A DNA stretch of 64,000 nt from positions 1 to 64,000 of IMG/VR virus record IMGVR_UViG_3300042484_001245. One strand, 5' to 3'. The stretch is from a virus. Positions 8,430 through 18,857 of this stretch are shown piece after piece (position 1 is the stretch's first letter; each line of letters starts with the position of its first letter). A model generated the notes under the pieces. The model had not been told where the DNA came from. It searched no databases and worked only from the letters and a program-made list of their open reading frames with translations. The position numbers and the translations under genes were made by a program.

Positions 8430-10502
8430 ATGGCAGCTATCATAAAAAAGAATTTTCGACTTCAAAATGCTCGTGACTTTTTAGAGAATCTAAAAGCACA
8501 TCCAAGAGTTACCGACGGCATTGCGTCACCACTAGAAGAGAGTGACGATCTTATTGTCGCGGCGGTTGAAGATGGTGCGACATCGACACAAGCAACACTG
8601 ACTTGGACATGGACTGTTTCAAATACTGTTTCAGATACAAATGCTGCAAGCCCAGAACTTCGTGCTGATGCAATCAAAGGCTTGCGTGATCAAGTTGGTT
8701 CACATCTTGTAGATCGTAATCATTACTTGTTCATTGGTAAAAGCACACCATGGACTGACACAACTGGCGACACTCTTCTTGCGCCATCGACTGAGCTTGC
8801 TCCTGCTCCTGCACTTGACACACTCGAAGAAGAGCGTCGTGTATGGGATGAAATGCTTGGTCTTAAAAAGATCACTGAGCTTACAACATCTCTTGTGGTG
8901 CCTCGTCATGATTGGGACGGTACTGGAAAGACAGTATATCGTGTGTATGATGACAAGAATCCTAACTTACACAATACACCAAATGCTGATGAGATTGCTA
9001 TTGCAAACGTACCTCGTGGTATTGAAAATCTTCGACTTGGTAGCTTCTATGTAATCAACAGTGAATATGACTTGTTTGTGTGTATTGAAACTGGTAGAGA
9101 TTCGACTGGCGATCCAACACCAAGCACAGAAGAACCTCGGCGCACACAGTCTCCAACAGAAGTGATCGACTATACAGCAATCGATGGTTATGTTTGGAAG
9201 TACATCACAACTATTCGTTCAGCCGACATTGCACGTTTCACAACAGACAGTTGGATTCCAGTAAAGACACTTAATGCACAAGAGTTGAAAGAGTCTGAGC
9301 TTGAAGAAGATGCTGGTGGTCTTCCTAACCCGCAAGCACTCGTACAACAGAATGCAGTTTCTGGCGCTGTCGTTAGCTTTATCGTAGACAACGCACGTCA
9401 ACAAGTAAACTCATATACAACAACACACAATGGTCAGTTGGACGACATAGCGAACACAACTGATGGCACTGGAGCTACAGCAACATTAGTTGCCGTCACA
9501 GATGGTGCGGCGCCAAGTTCGTCTAATAATGCATACGCAAATATGCATTTGTATGTGACTTCGACTAGAGGTTTGGGTGAAGTATATAAGATTAGTTCAT
9601 ATGATGCTGCAAATAAGACAATAACACTCGCAGACGGTGCACAATGGAGTGATGCTATTGCTAATCCAACTGCCGAAACTTCGACTGAAGAAGTAACTTA
9701 TGAAATTCTTCCTATAGTGACAGTAGAATCAAACGGCACTCGTGCAGTTCAATTGAAGCCTGTTCTTGAGTATGGCAGAATCTCTCGTGTGAAGGTTATT
9801 GATGGTGGTGAAAATGCAACTTATGTAAAAGTGACTGTTCATGATAATTCTGGACAAAATCCAGATACAACATCGGCAGAGATTCGTGCCGTGTTAAGCC
9901 CAGTTAAGGGCTTGGGCGCTGATATTGAAAAAGACTTGGGTGCATACTATGTGATGTTGAACGCTCGTCTTAGTCACAATGATGAGAGTGGTGATTTCCC
10001 ACTCTCAAATGATTATCGCCAACTTGGAATTATTCGTGATGTGCGTAACGCTGATGGCTCAATTGCCACAGATGATACATTAAATGCTTGTAAGACACTT
10101 GAAGTTGATACACTTGTTCCAGCTGGATTGCCAGCGTTTCAAGTTGATGAAGTTATCAAGCAAACATACACTGTTGCTGGTATTGAAAAGACAGCTCGTG
10201 CTAAACTTATTGAGTTCATCGATCAGGGTTCCGGCATATACACTATTGGATTCATTCAAACACCTGATACTGGCTTTACTCCATTCAGTGCAAGCTCAAC
10301 TGAGCCTTTGATAACTGAACGTAAAGATCAAAGTTCTGGTGCTGTATTGGGCGAGAATGAGCAAACAACTTGCACGATTCGTTCTGTTATACAACCTGAG
10401 ATCAAAAAGTTTGACGGTGAAATTTTGTACTTGGAGAATCGAAGAGCCGTTTTGAGATCTCCTGAGCAGACAGAAGACATTAAAGCTATCATTGAATTTT
10501 AG
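8430..10502 (+). CDS. gp8: baseplate wedge subunit gp8
   Basis: MAAII..NFRL.NA; YLFIGK..PW; DGYVWKY; DYRQLGIIRD; GEILYLENR..V.RS.EQTEDIK.IIEF. Confidence 0.92.
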   Translation: MAAIIKKNFRLQNARDFLENLKAHPRVTDGIASPLEESDDLIVAAVEDGATSTQATLTWTWTVSNTVSDTNAASPELRADAIKGLRDQVGSHLVDRNHYLFIGKSTPWTDTTGDTLLAPSTELAPAPALDTLEEERRVWDEMLGLKKITELTTSLVVPRHDWDGTGKTVYRVYDDKNPNLHNTPNADEIAIANVPRGIENLRLGSFYVINSEYDLFVCIETGRDSTGDPTPSTEEPRRTQSPTEVIDYTAIDGYVWKYITTIRSADIARFTTDSWIPVKTLNAQELKESELEEDAGGLPNPQALVQQNAVSGAVVSFIVDNARQQVNSYTTTHNGQLDDIANTTDGTGATATLVAVTDGAAPSSSNNAYANMHLYVTSTRGLGEVYKISSYDAANKTITLADGAQWSDAIANPTAETSTEEVTYEILPIVTVESNGTRAVQLKPVLEYGRISRVKVIDGGENATYVKVTVHDNSGQNPDTTSAEIRAVLSPVKGLGADIEKDLGAYYVMLNARLSHNDESGDFPLSNDYRQLGIIRDVRNADGSIATDDTLNACKTLEVDTLVPAGLPAFQVDEVIKQTYTVAGIEKTARAKLIEFIDQGSGIYTIGFIQTPDTGFTPFSASSTEPLITERKDQSSGAVLGENEQTTCTIRSVIQPEIKKFDGEILYLENRRAVLRSPEQTEDIKAIIEF

Positions 10503-10503
10503 C

Positions 10504-10511
10504 AATAAATA
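10504..10511 (+). promoter_or_regulatory. late promoter AATAAATA
   Basis: NATAAATA upstream of the giant structural gene. Confidence 0.6.
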
Positions 10512-10540
10512 GTTACATACTTTTTTAGTTGATCGTTACT

Positions 10541-13500
10541 ATGTCAAAGAAGCTGAACTTAAACCAATCTCCATACTTTGATGATTACACACAATCTGAC
10601 AAGTATTATCAAATTCTGTTTCGTCCAGGTCGTGCAGTTCAAGCAAGAGAATTGACACAACTTCAGACGATGTTGCAGAGTCAAATTGAACGATTCGGCA
10701 CACACATCTTCAAGCAAGGTTCAAACGTAATTCCTGGAACAACCAACGCAGTTCGTTACTCCCGCAACGTACATTTTATCAAACTTTCACTCAAAGATGT
10801 ATTGCCAGAGTATGCTGTAGTAGAAGATCTTCATAAAGCACTCAGAGAAATTTGGGTTGGCAAAAATATTACTGTTACGACTGGTGACAGACAAGGTTTA
10901 ACTGCAACAGTTCTTGACTATAGAGGTCCAGATAACATTGGAGAAACTGGTGGAGAAATCAGATTCTTCGTAAACGTTCTCAATGGCTCAACTAACGGTG
11001 AGCATTCAACTTTTGCCAAAGGTGATACAATTCAGCTCGTTGGTGAAGACACTCGATATGCAACAATTCCATCAACTGCTGGTAAAAAAGTTGGCACAGT
11101 TGCATCAGTAACTATTCAAGAAGGTGTGTACTTCTACAATGGATATTTCGTATACGTTGATGCACAGACACACTACATCGCTCCAAAGGCTGATGAAGCT
11201 GCCGACAGTGCTGTTAATCAAGAGTTCTGGAACGATTTGCCGACAGCATCTATTGGTTTGTTGATGGCAGAAAGTATCAAGACATTTCAAGATGATCCAA
11301 ATCTTCTTGATAACGCACTTGGTAGCCCAAACTACTCTGCACCTGGAGCAGATCGCTATCACATCGATGCAAAGTTGACTCAGATCACATACGATGCGAC
11401 TGTTAGTAAGCCAGATAACTTTGTAACTTTAGTAGAAGTTGTCAACGGACAGGTCACGTTTATTGCAGATGCACCAGAGTATAACAATCTTGTTGATACA
11501 CTTGCACGACGAACATATGATGAGTCTGGTGATTATGTTGTTGAAGGTTTGAACATCGAACTCAAAGACTTCTTGAGAGATGACGAAACAAAAAATAACG
11601 GCGCGCACAACATCACAGAATTTGAATTCACAACACCCGAAGATGCAGCTGCGTATTCATTGAAAAAGTTTGGTGTTGAAGCATCATGCGCAGTTGAAGT
11701 TGATGGTATTGAGAGATACTATCCGGGAACATCATATGATGGTCGTGGTGACACAACATCATTTAAGGCATTGTGTGACGGACTCTTAACTCTTAGAATT
11801 GATCCAGGTAAAGCATACGTTAAGGGTTATGAAATTCGCAAGATTACAAAGACCAATGTTGATGTGCCAAAGTCTAGGACAACTAGATTCATCAATCAAA
11901 AGACTATAGAGACTGAGCTTGGTAGATACCTTCTTGTTACAGACGTTGTAGGAAACATTACATTTCCTAAATTTGTGTCTGTAGACTTGTATGACGCTCG
12001 TCGTGTTGGTACACATATTGCTGGCACAACAAACCCAAAACAATACTCGTATGCTAGTGCTCTTAATCCTGCTGGTCAAAAGATTGGTACAGCAACACTT
12101 GTAGCACTTCAACCGGATGCAAGTGAAGGTGCTGGTTTCTACAGAGCATACATCACAAACATAAAGTTGACTGGTGCACACACGATTTCTGCAATCAAAA
12201 CTGTACACTCATTATCTGAGAATATTTTTGCTCACGTAGCTGTGATCACACAAGATCTTGTGGGCACAATCACTTCGGCTGGTGGTACAACTACAGGAAC
12301 TGGAACAAAATGGAAGAATGATGCTGGTCAACTTCTTAAAGTAAATGATTATGTGTATGCTGATGAGACTCAAGAATATTACAGAGTCGTTTCTCTTCCA
12401 ACTTCTGACACTTCGATTGTTCTCAAAACAGAAGCTGAAGGCACACCGGCACTCACATCAAGCACAATATCACTTGCATACTCACAGCTAGAAACATCAA
12501 CTGATGAAACTGGTTTGATGTACAGATTTCCTGATAGCTATGTGTCGTCAGTTAGAACACAAGCTGTATCTGGTATTGCAGACTCAACATCGAAAAACTA
12601 CTACACTATTGACGAATACTTCAATGATCGTTCTGTTACTGCTACAACGATAAGTGGCACACCAGGTGGTAAAATTGAATTATCAGTTGCTGATGATGAC
12701 AAGCACACGTTTGTTCCAAACGAATACACATACAAAATTATTCGCATTAACGGCGCAACAAAAACCATCATGAAAGTTGAATCTGGTGCAACAGTGCCAG
12801 CGACAGATGGTGTCATAAATGCATCATCGAGCATTGACAATAAAGATCTCACATTTTTGTTCACTAACAACGATTCTCAATCGACCATTAGATATGACAT
12901 TGTTGTTCCTGTAATTAAGTCAAACATAACTGAGAGAAAGAAAGTTCTCAAGTATGGATCATTTGACGCTGATGGCAACTATACTCATGAAGGCGGCGCT
13001 GGCCGTGGTGTTAAAGTTGTTACTTCTACAAACAACTCAGAAATTCATTTGGACGACTGTGACGTTTTCAGAATCACACGTATTGTGGCATCAAAAGATG
13101 ATAGCACTGAGCCTAGCTCAACTGAAACATTAAACGATGGTGATGTTGACGTTACTGCTCTTTACAGATTTGATAATGGTCAAACTGCATACGAGTATGG
13201 TCCAGGTAGCGTTTACTTACAAGCAAACTACAAAAAGTTGTCTGGTAAAGTTCGTGTTGAGTATGACTACTTCGATCACTTAGATGATACAGATTCTGGT
13301 GACTTCTTCACAGTAAACTCATACACACACTCAACTGGTATTAGCTACGACGAAATACCAATGTTTACAACCAGTGATGGTATTCAATTCTCACTATCTG
13401 ATTGCTTAGACTTTAGACGAAAGGCTTCAGTAAATGGTGTTGCCGAAACTCGTTCTGGTCGTGCACCAAATGGTTTCTTAACCATCGACTACTTTGCATA

Positions 13501-16500
13501 CAATGGTCGCAGAGACAAAGTTGTATTAGACAGCAAGACAAAACAGTTCATGTTGAGCATGGGTGTTCCAGATGATGAGCCAGTCGATGCTGATGATATT
13601 GATACAGCGATGACTGTGGTTGAGTTAATCAACGAGCCATATGGTCTTAGTAAAGATTCTTGCATTCTTAAAGTTAAAGACAATAGACGCTACACAATGC
13701 GTGATATTGGTAAACTTGAGCGACGTATTGAAAATCTTGAATACTACACATCATTAAGTTTGCTTGAGCAAGAAACATCTCGCATGAGCATCACCGATGC
13801 AAATGGTAATGATAGATTCAAGAACGGATTCTTAGTAGATAGTTTCAACTCATTTGAGTCGGCTGATACATCAAGTCCAGACTTTTCATGTTCGATTGAT
13901 ACAAAACAAGAGCACGTTGCTCGACCACTTGTAACATCTGACAACTTCAAACTTGAAGAAGACTTGTTGAATCCTGTGTTTGCGGATACTGTTGACACAC
14001 TTCGTTTGGCTGAAAGTTCTAATAATGGTTATCAGAAGACTGGGGAGTTGTACACACTTCCATATACAAGATCTGAGTTTATTTCTCAGCCGTTGGCAAC
14101 TAAAGTTATTAGCGTAAATCCATATGATGTTTTAACCTACGTTGGTCAGATCGACTTGACACCTTGGAGTGACGAGTGGCGTGAAACAAAGTATTCTGAA
14201 ATTTTAGTATATGATGACTCAGCATATCAAGCTGCACGTAGGTTAATTTCTGGTGATATTAGCTACGGCGGTTCAATAACTTCTGTTGTTGATGGACCAA
14301 AGAGTGCAAAAAAGAGAACTGGTCGTCTCAAGATGCTTGAAGGTGGACACGTACACTTTAAGCGTTTGACTGGTAAAGAAAGAGAGCTTGCTAGAAAGAC
14401 TAGGAAGTTTAGAGTGCCAAAGGGTTACTTGAATGCTGGTGAACTCGTTGACATCAACTTAACCAGTGGTGCTGTTGTTCAGCGCCAAACACGAGAGACT
14501 GTTACACGAACAACAACTAACATTAGACTTGGTTTACAAAATGAGTTAGTTAAAACTTCTGTAGAAACTACAAAGGCTTTAACAAAAGATGAGACTACAG
14601 AGATCGAGTTCATGCGTTCTCGTGAGATCAAGTTCTCTGGTAAAGGATTCCGTCCTAACTCAAATCTGTATGGATACTTTGATGATGTTCCAGTATCTCG
14701 TTTTTGCAGACCTGTTGCTGTAAAAGATGCTGATAACTGGACGACATATCGAGTTAAAGATGTGACCAATCAGGTAATTGCAGGAACAAATTCTGGTTTA
14801 CCAATTGATTCGCCGTTGCGTTACTTCTCTGCTGTAAATGCGACACAGCCTGATCTTTCTGACGTGTTTGATATTGTTCAAGTTACTACACCAGAAAGTG
14901 AGCACGTTGGTAAAGTGCGTGTTGGTTGTGAAGTTGAGTTGACAACATCAGCTGGTATTGTTAGAAAGTTTGATGTCATACGAGTTGTAAGTGCTAGTAC
15001 AATTCTTTGTCGTGAAAAGACTCAAGAAGGACTCTTAGCATCGCAATCTGGTTCTGTTGGCACATCAACCACACACACAATTAAAATTTCTAAGTATGCA
15101 TTTGGTGATAAGTTAAAAGCAGACAACAATGGATCTGTTCGTGGTGTGTTTAACATACCTAATGAACAAGGTAACAGATTCAAGACTGGCGAAACAAAAT
15201 TCGTTCTGTCAACATCATCAACAAATGCTCAAAGAGGTGTTGGTGTTTCTCGTGCACAAGCAGATTACGTTGCTCGCGGAATATTGAACACACAAGAGAT
15301 GACGATTACACAAACTCAACAGTTTGTTGTGACATCACATCTTTCTAATTCAGAGACTGTAAGTGAACAGCCAGTTCCATTCTATGACTTTGAGCCACCT
15401 GAGGTCATCGATCCTATTGCTCAGACATTTAGAATCGATGAGACTGGTGGATGCTTCATCACAGATGTTGATGTGTTCTTTGCAAACAAGCCAGTTGACA
15501 ATGCTGTTCCAGTTCGACTTGAGCTGAGAACTGTTGGTCTTACAGGTATTCCAGAAGCACAGATTGTTGGTGGAACTCTTGGTACTCTCATCAAGACAGC
15601 CGATGAAGTTGTTGTGAATAAAGTTGACATTCAAACATCTGGCTCTAACCTCAACAATAAGTTGACTGTTCTTGTTGATTCTGGCGTTGATGCCGATACT
15701 GTTGGTGGTGTTCTTGACTCTGCCACAAGTACGATCAAGTGGGATGGAACAACCGCAGTAAAGTCTGATCGACTCAAACTTGATCCGACAAATGCAGATG
15801 ATGTATTTGCAAACACTGCGATAACATCAAATGATATGGCATCAGACATGATACCAACTCGATTCACATTCAACTCTCCAATTTACTTAGAGCAAGGAAA
15901 GTCTTACGCAATTGTTCTTCTTTCTGATAGCAGCGAATACCACGTATGGATTGCACAGTCTGGTCAATATGAGCCAGCTGACATGAACATCGATGAGTAC
16001 GGCTACTACGAGAAAGTTGGTGATAGCAACGTTAAGATTGGAACTACAGATCTTGTAACCAACAAACAGCTATACTACAACGGCGGTTTCTTCAAATCGA
16101 AGAACGGAATGCAGTGGGATCTTGCCAGCACTGTTAGCATGAAGTTCAACTTAGCAAAAGCTAAATTCAAGACTCGTGCTGATACAATACCAAACGTTGG
16201 TGAAATAACATACGTCAATGAAACAGTTGGCTGGACAGAATTGCAAAGCAGTGCGTTCGAGGTTCGTCCTAGCTCTAAGCTCATTCGTGTTATGTGTCCA
16301 AATCATGGCACATCGATTGGGGATAGAGTACGATTCATCATCGACTCAGACTCATCGACTGATTCAGACCTTAGAGGATTCTCTAAAGACGTTCTTCAAG
16401 ATGAGGCTGGCTTAAAAGTTGTGAATGCTGAAGTAGACCACTTTACAGTAGAAACTACAACCTCGGCATCTCCTGGTGAAGGATACAAAGCTAGAAGCAA

Positions 16501-17986
16501 TCTGACAAAAGATCAGTATAGAATGTGTCCAACAACTAGCGACAACAAGCCAACAGCATTTGTTCGCATCGATAAGAGATTTGATAACTTAACTCTCATC
16601 ACAAATACATTTGCACCTACTGGAACTTCTGTTCAATGGGTTCTTGAAGCAACTCCAGCAGTTGGTGTGAATGAGTTTGAGAGTGACGGATCATTAGTAG
16701 AGCGCAGTGATCTTGTTAAGACAAGTCCAATCAATGTTGTTTCTAATGTCCCAGTTGAGTTTGCTGTTCCTATGAAGTTGCAGTCTCCAGAAAATGAACG
16801 TTCGTTCAGTGTTGAGAATGCGACTGGCTGGGCAGCTAAACGTCTTGCACTTCAAAACAGAAAGTCTGTTGTAGTAAGAGCGTTGCTTGTTAGTGATAAT
16901 GAAAACTTGTCTCCAGTAATTGATAAGACACGATTGAGTGCGACAACACTCACTACTAGACTCGACAATCCACGTGGTATTGATGGTCCCCTTGGTAACA
17001 ACATCAATCTCACAAGTGCCGATGGAGACTTTGATACATTAACAATCTTTGATAAAGATGCTGATGCGTTTTCAAATCTCACATTCACTGATTCGACTGT
17101 TGTATTGTCTGGAACGTTTACTCAAGACACAAACAGCAAGACCGTTACAGGAACTGACTCAGATTTGTTGAGTGAAGTTAATCCTGGCGACAAGATTGTT
17201 GACATCAGCAATCCAACAGAAGAGAGAACTGTAGTCAAAGTAGTAAATGACACTAAGCTCGTGCTTAATGCACCATTTAACATTCCGTTAGCTTCATCGA
17301 CACTTGCACTTGTTGGTGAGTACATGGAAATTACTACAGAAGACACAGAGACGGCAGAATTGTTATCTCAACTTGACTCTGGTAAGTATGCAACACTTTC
17401 GCTGTTTACGTCTGATGATGAGAGCATAACATCTGCAAGCGATACTCGTCAGTTTAGCAACAAATTGATATTGAATGTGTTCTACTCACCAAATGAGACT
17501 GTGAAGTGTCGAGTGATTGTTCAACACTTGAATGATGGTGTAACAGACGCATTAGCAAACAACATTACTATGACTCAATTGGATCGTTTTGTTGATGAGA
17601 TTGCTTATGAAGGTGGATCGTGTGCATCCAAGTATGTGTGTAAGAAGCTCAACTTGGACAGACCATCTAATGCATTGAAGTTCTCGTTTGATGCTATTCG
17701 TGATGAGTATTCTGAGATTGAATTGTATTACAGAACTGAGAAGCCAGAAGATGCAACCGCAATTGGTGATAAGAACTGGACCAAAGTTGCATACAATCTT
17801 GACATAAATGGTGTTCTCACACCGAAGACTCCTGAGCCTAGTGATGCTGTGTATAGAGCATACGAAGCTACGATAGAAGGGCTTCAAGAGTTCACTGGTG
17901 TTCAAGCAAAGATTGTTATGCGTGGTGGAAATCCAGCTAAGCCACCAAAGATTAAGAACTTTAGATTGATTGCTTTGGATGAATAG
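10541..17986 (+). CDS. giant virion/baseplate structural protein (DUF4815 / VrlC-like)
   Basis: LNLNQSPYFDD...ILFRPGRAVQARELTQLQ; NYSAPGADR; LARRTYDESGDY; RYTMRDIGKLERRIENLEYYTSLSLLE; DPIAQTF. Confidence 0.88.
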   Translation: MSKKLNLNQSPYFDDYTQSDKYYQILFRPGRAVQARELTQLQTMLQSQIERFGTHIFKQGSNVIPGTTNAVRYSRNVHFIKLSLKDVLPEYAVVEDLHKALREIWVGKNITVTTGDRQGLTATVLDYRGPDNIGETGGEIRFFVNVLNGSTNGEHSTFAKGDTIQLVGEDTRYATIPSTAGKKVGTVASVTIQEGVYFYNGYFVYVDAQTHYIAPKADEAADSAVNQEFWNDLPTASIGLLMAESIKTFQDDPNLLDNALGSPNYSAPGADRYHIDAKLTQITYDATVSKPDNFVTLVEVVNGQVTFIADAPEYNNLVDTLARRTYDESGDYVVEGLNIELKDFLRDDETKNNGAHNITEFEFTTPEDAAAYSLKKFGVEASCAVEVDGIERYYPGTSYDGRGDTTSFKALCDGLLTLRIDPGKAYVKGYEIRKITKTNVDVPKSRTTRFINQKTIETELGRYLLVTDVVGNITFPKFVSVDLYDARRVGTHIAGTTNPKQYSYASALNPAGQKIGTATLVALQPDASEGAGFYRAYITNIKLTGAHTISAIKTVHSLSENIFAHVAVITQDLVGTITSAGGTTTGTGTKWKNDAGQLLKVNDYVYADETQEYYRVVSLPTSDTSIVLKTEAEGTPALTSSTISLAYSQLETSTDETGLMYRFPDSYVSSVRTQAVSGIADSTSKNYYTIDEYFNDRSVTATTISGTPGGKIELSVADDDKHTFVPNEYTYKIIRINGATKTIMKVESGATVPATDGVINASSSIDNKDLTFLFTNNDSQSTIRYDIVVPVIKSNITERKKVLKYGSFDADGNYTHEGGAGRGVKVVTSTNNSEIHLDDCDVFRITRIVASKDDSTEPSSTETLNDGDVDVTALYRFDNGQTAYEYGPGSVYLQANYKKLSGKVRVEYDYFDHLDDTDSGDFFTVNSYTHSTGISYDEIPMFTTSDGIQFSLSDCLDFRRKASVNGVAETRSGRAPNGFLTIDYFAYNGRRDKVVLDSKTKQFMLSMGVPDDEPVDADDIDTAMTVVELINEPYGLSKDSCILKVKDNRRYTMRDIGKLERRIENLEYYTSLSLLEQETSRMSITDANGNDRFKNGFLVDSFNSFESADTSSPDFSCSIDTKQEHVARPLVTSDNFKLEEDLLNPVFADTVDTLRLAESSNNGYQKTGELYTLPYTRSEFISQPLATKVISVNPYDVLTYVGQIDLTPWSDEWRETKYSEILVYDDSAYQAARRLISGDISYGGSITSVVDGPKSAKKRTGRLKMLEGGHVHFKRLTGKERELARKTRKFRVPKGYLNAGELVDINLTSGAVVQRQTRETVTRTTTNIRLGLQNELVKTSVETTKALTKDETTEIEFMRSREIKFSGKGFRPNSNLYGYFDDVPVSRFCRPVAVKDADNWTTYRVKDVTNQVIAGTNSGLPIDSPLRYFSAVNATQPDLSDVFDIVQVTTPESEHVGKVRVGCEVELTTSAGIVRKFDVIRVVSASTILCREKTQEGLLASQSGSVGTSTTHTIKISKYAFGDKLKADNNGSVRGVFNIPNEQGNRFKTGETKFVLSTSSTNAQRGVGVSRAQADYVARGILNTQEMTITQTQQFVVTSHLSNSETVSEQPVPFYDFEPPEVIDPIAQTFRIDETGGCFITDVDVFFANKPVDNAVPVRLELRTVGLTGIPEAQIVGGTLGTLIKTADEVVVNKVDIQTSGSNLNNKLTVLVDSGVDADTVGGVLDSATSTIKWDGTTAVKSDRLKLDPTNADDVFANTAITSNDMASDMIPTRFTFNSPIYLEQGKSYAIVLLSDSSEYHVWIAQSGQYEPADMNIDEYGYYEKVGDSNVKIGTTDLVTNKQLYYNGGFFKSKNGMQWDLASTVSMKFNLAKAKFKTRADTIPNVGEITYVNETVGWTELQSSAFEVRPSSKLIRVMCPNHGTSIGDRVRFIIDSDSSTDSDLRGFSKDVLQDEAGLKVVNAEVDHFTVETTTSASPGEGYKARSNLTKDQYRMCPTTSDNKPTAFVRIDKRFDNLTLITNTFAPTGTSVQWVLEATPAVGVNEFESDGSLVERSDLVKTSPINVVSNVPVEFAVPMKLQSPENERSFSVENATGWAAKRLALQNRKSVVVRALLVSDNENLSPVIDKTRLSATTLTTRLDNPRGIDGPLGNNINLTSADGDFDTLTIFDKDADAFSNLTFTDSTVVLSGTFTQDTNSKTVTGTDSDLLSEVNPGDKIVDISNPTEERTVVKVVNDTKLVLNAPFNIPLASSTLALVGEYMEITTEDTETAELLSQLDSGKYATLSLFTSDDESITSASDTRQFSNKLILNVFYSPNETVKCRVIVQHLNDGVTDALANNITMTQLDRFVDEIAYEGGSCASKYVCKKLNLDRPSNALKFSFDAIRDEYSEIELYYRTEKPEDATAIGDKNWTKVAYNLDINGVLTPKTPEPSDAVYRAYEATIEGLQEFTGVQAKIVMRGGNPAKPPKIKNFRLIALDE

Positions 17987-17987
17987 T

Positions 17988-18218
17988 ATGAGTCGAGTGA
18001 AAGTGAAAGATGAGCCATTCTTGTACAGAGATGCACAATCCAATGGTATCATCAATTCAAATGCTGCTGCATATAATGAGTATCGAAAGAAGAAGCGACA
18101 AGCTGAACTTTTGGAAGAAGAAAAACATAATGCCGAATCGAGACTAAATAAACTTGAGAAAGATGTGTCTGAACTTAAAGACGGCATCACTCAGATTTTG
18201 GAGTTACTGAAGCGATGA
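17988..18218 (+). CDS. small coiled-coil protein conserved in T4-like phages
   Basis: LYRD..SNGIIN....AY..Y followed by a heptad coiled coil. Confidence 0.75.
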   Translation: MSRVKVKDEPFLYRDAQSNGIINSNAAAYNEYRKKKRQAELLEEEKHNAESRLNKLEKDVSELKDGITQILELLKR

Positions 18219-18487
18219 CCGAGTATAATCCTAAAGCATTAGAAGAGAAGAAGCCTGATTATCAGGGTGACTCTTTTGCATCGTGGATGGAAAAAACTCT
18301 CATCACGACAATTGAACTTGGTGATTTGAACAACTTAAATCCAATTCTTCTTGATGTGATAAAAGCTGCGGCAGTTGCACAGCCTGATGAGACGAAGAAG
18401 CAAGAAGAGTTGAATGTTGTTGCTGCGATCAATGAGACTGTGAACGAAACAAGACGAGTATTGGTTAGAGCTATTGCGATGAGTTAA
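18215..18487 (+). CDS. hypothetical virion protein (fibre N-terminus-like)
   Basis: DSFASWMEKT...ELGDL..L...NVVAAINE; translationally coupled (ATGA overlap). Confidence 0.65.
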   Translation: MTEYNPKALEEKKPDYQGDSFASWMEKTLITTIELGDLNNLNPILLDVIKAAAVAQPDETKKQEELNVVAAINETVNETRRVLVRAIAMS

Positions 18488-18491
18488 TGTT

Positions 18492-18839
18492 ATGACAGCT
18501 ATTTTTAAGAACGCAATCAAGAAGCAAGTTGGTAAGAATGTAGACGGCACTGGAATCGTCGTATACGAAGCGCCGACTGGAAAAGCATCGTATCTTATTC
18601 AGTGTGATATTGCTTGTACTGAATCGAGTGGTGTACAAGTAACAGTTGAAGTGTCTGATGCTACTGGTGACACAGCATCTCTTGTTAAGAGTGCTCCAGT
18701 TCCTGCTGGTTCTTCGCTTCAAGTTTTAGATGGTCAAAAAGTTGTTCTTGAATCTGGTGATGCTCTGTTAGTGAAGTGTGAAACTGAAGGGTCTACCGTA
18801 GACGTGATTGTGTCATTAGTAGAAGATGTCAATAGCTAA
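18492..18839 (+). CDS. small virion structural protein
   Basis: FKN....VG......VY.AP; LVK.APVPAGSSL..LDGQKVVLE.GD, typical of fibre-associated proteins of environmental phages. Confidence 0.75.
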   Translation: MTAIFKNAIKKQVGKNVDGTGIVVYEAPTGKASYLIQCDIACTESSGVQVTVEVSDATGDTASLVKSAPVPAGSSLQVLDGQKVVLESGDALLVKCETEGSTVDVIVSLVEDVNS

Positions 18840-18857
18840 TAGTGGAGATGATAGATC

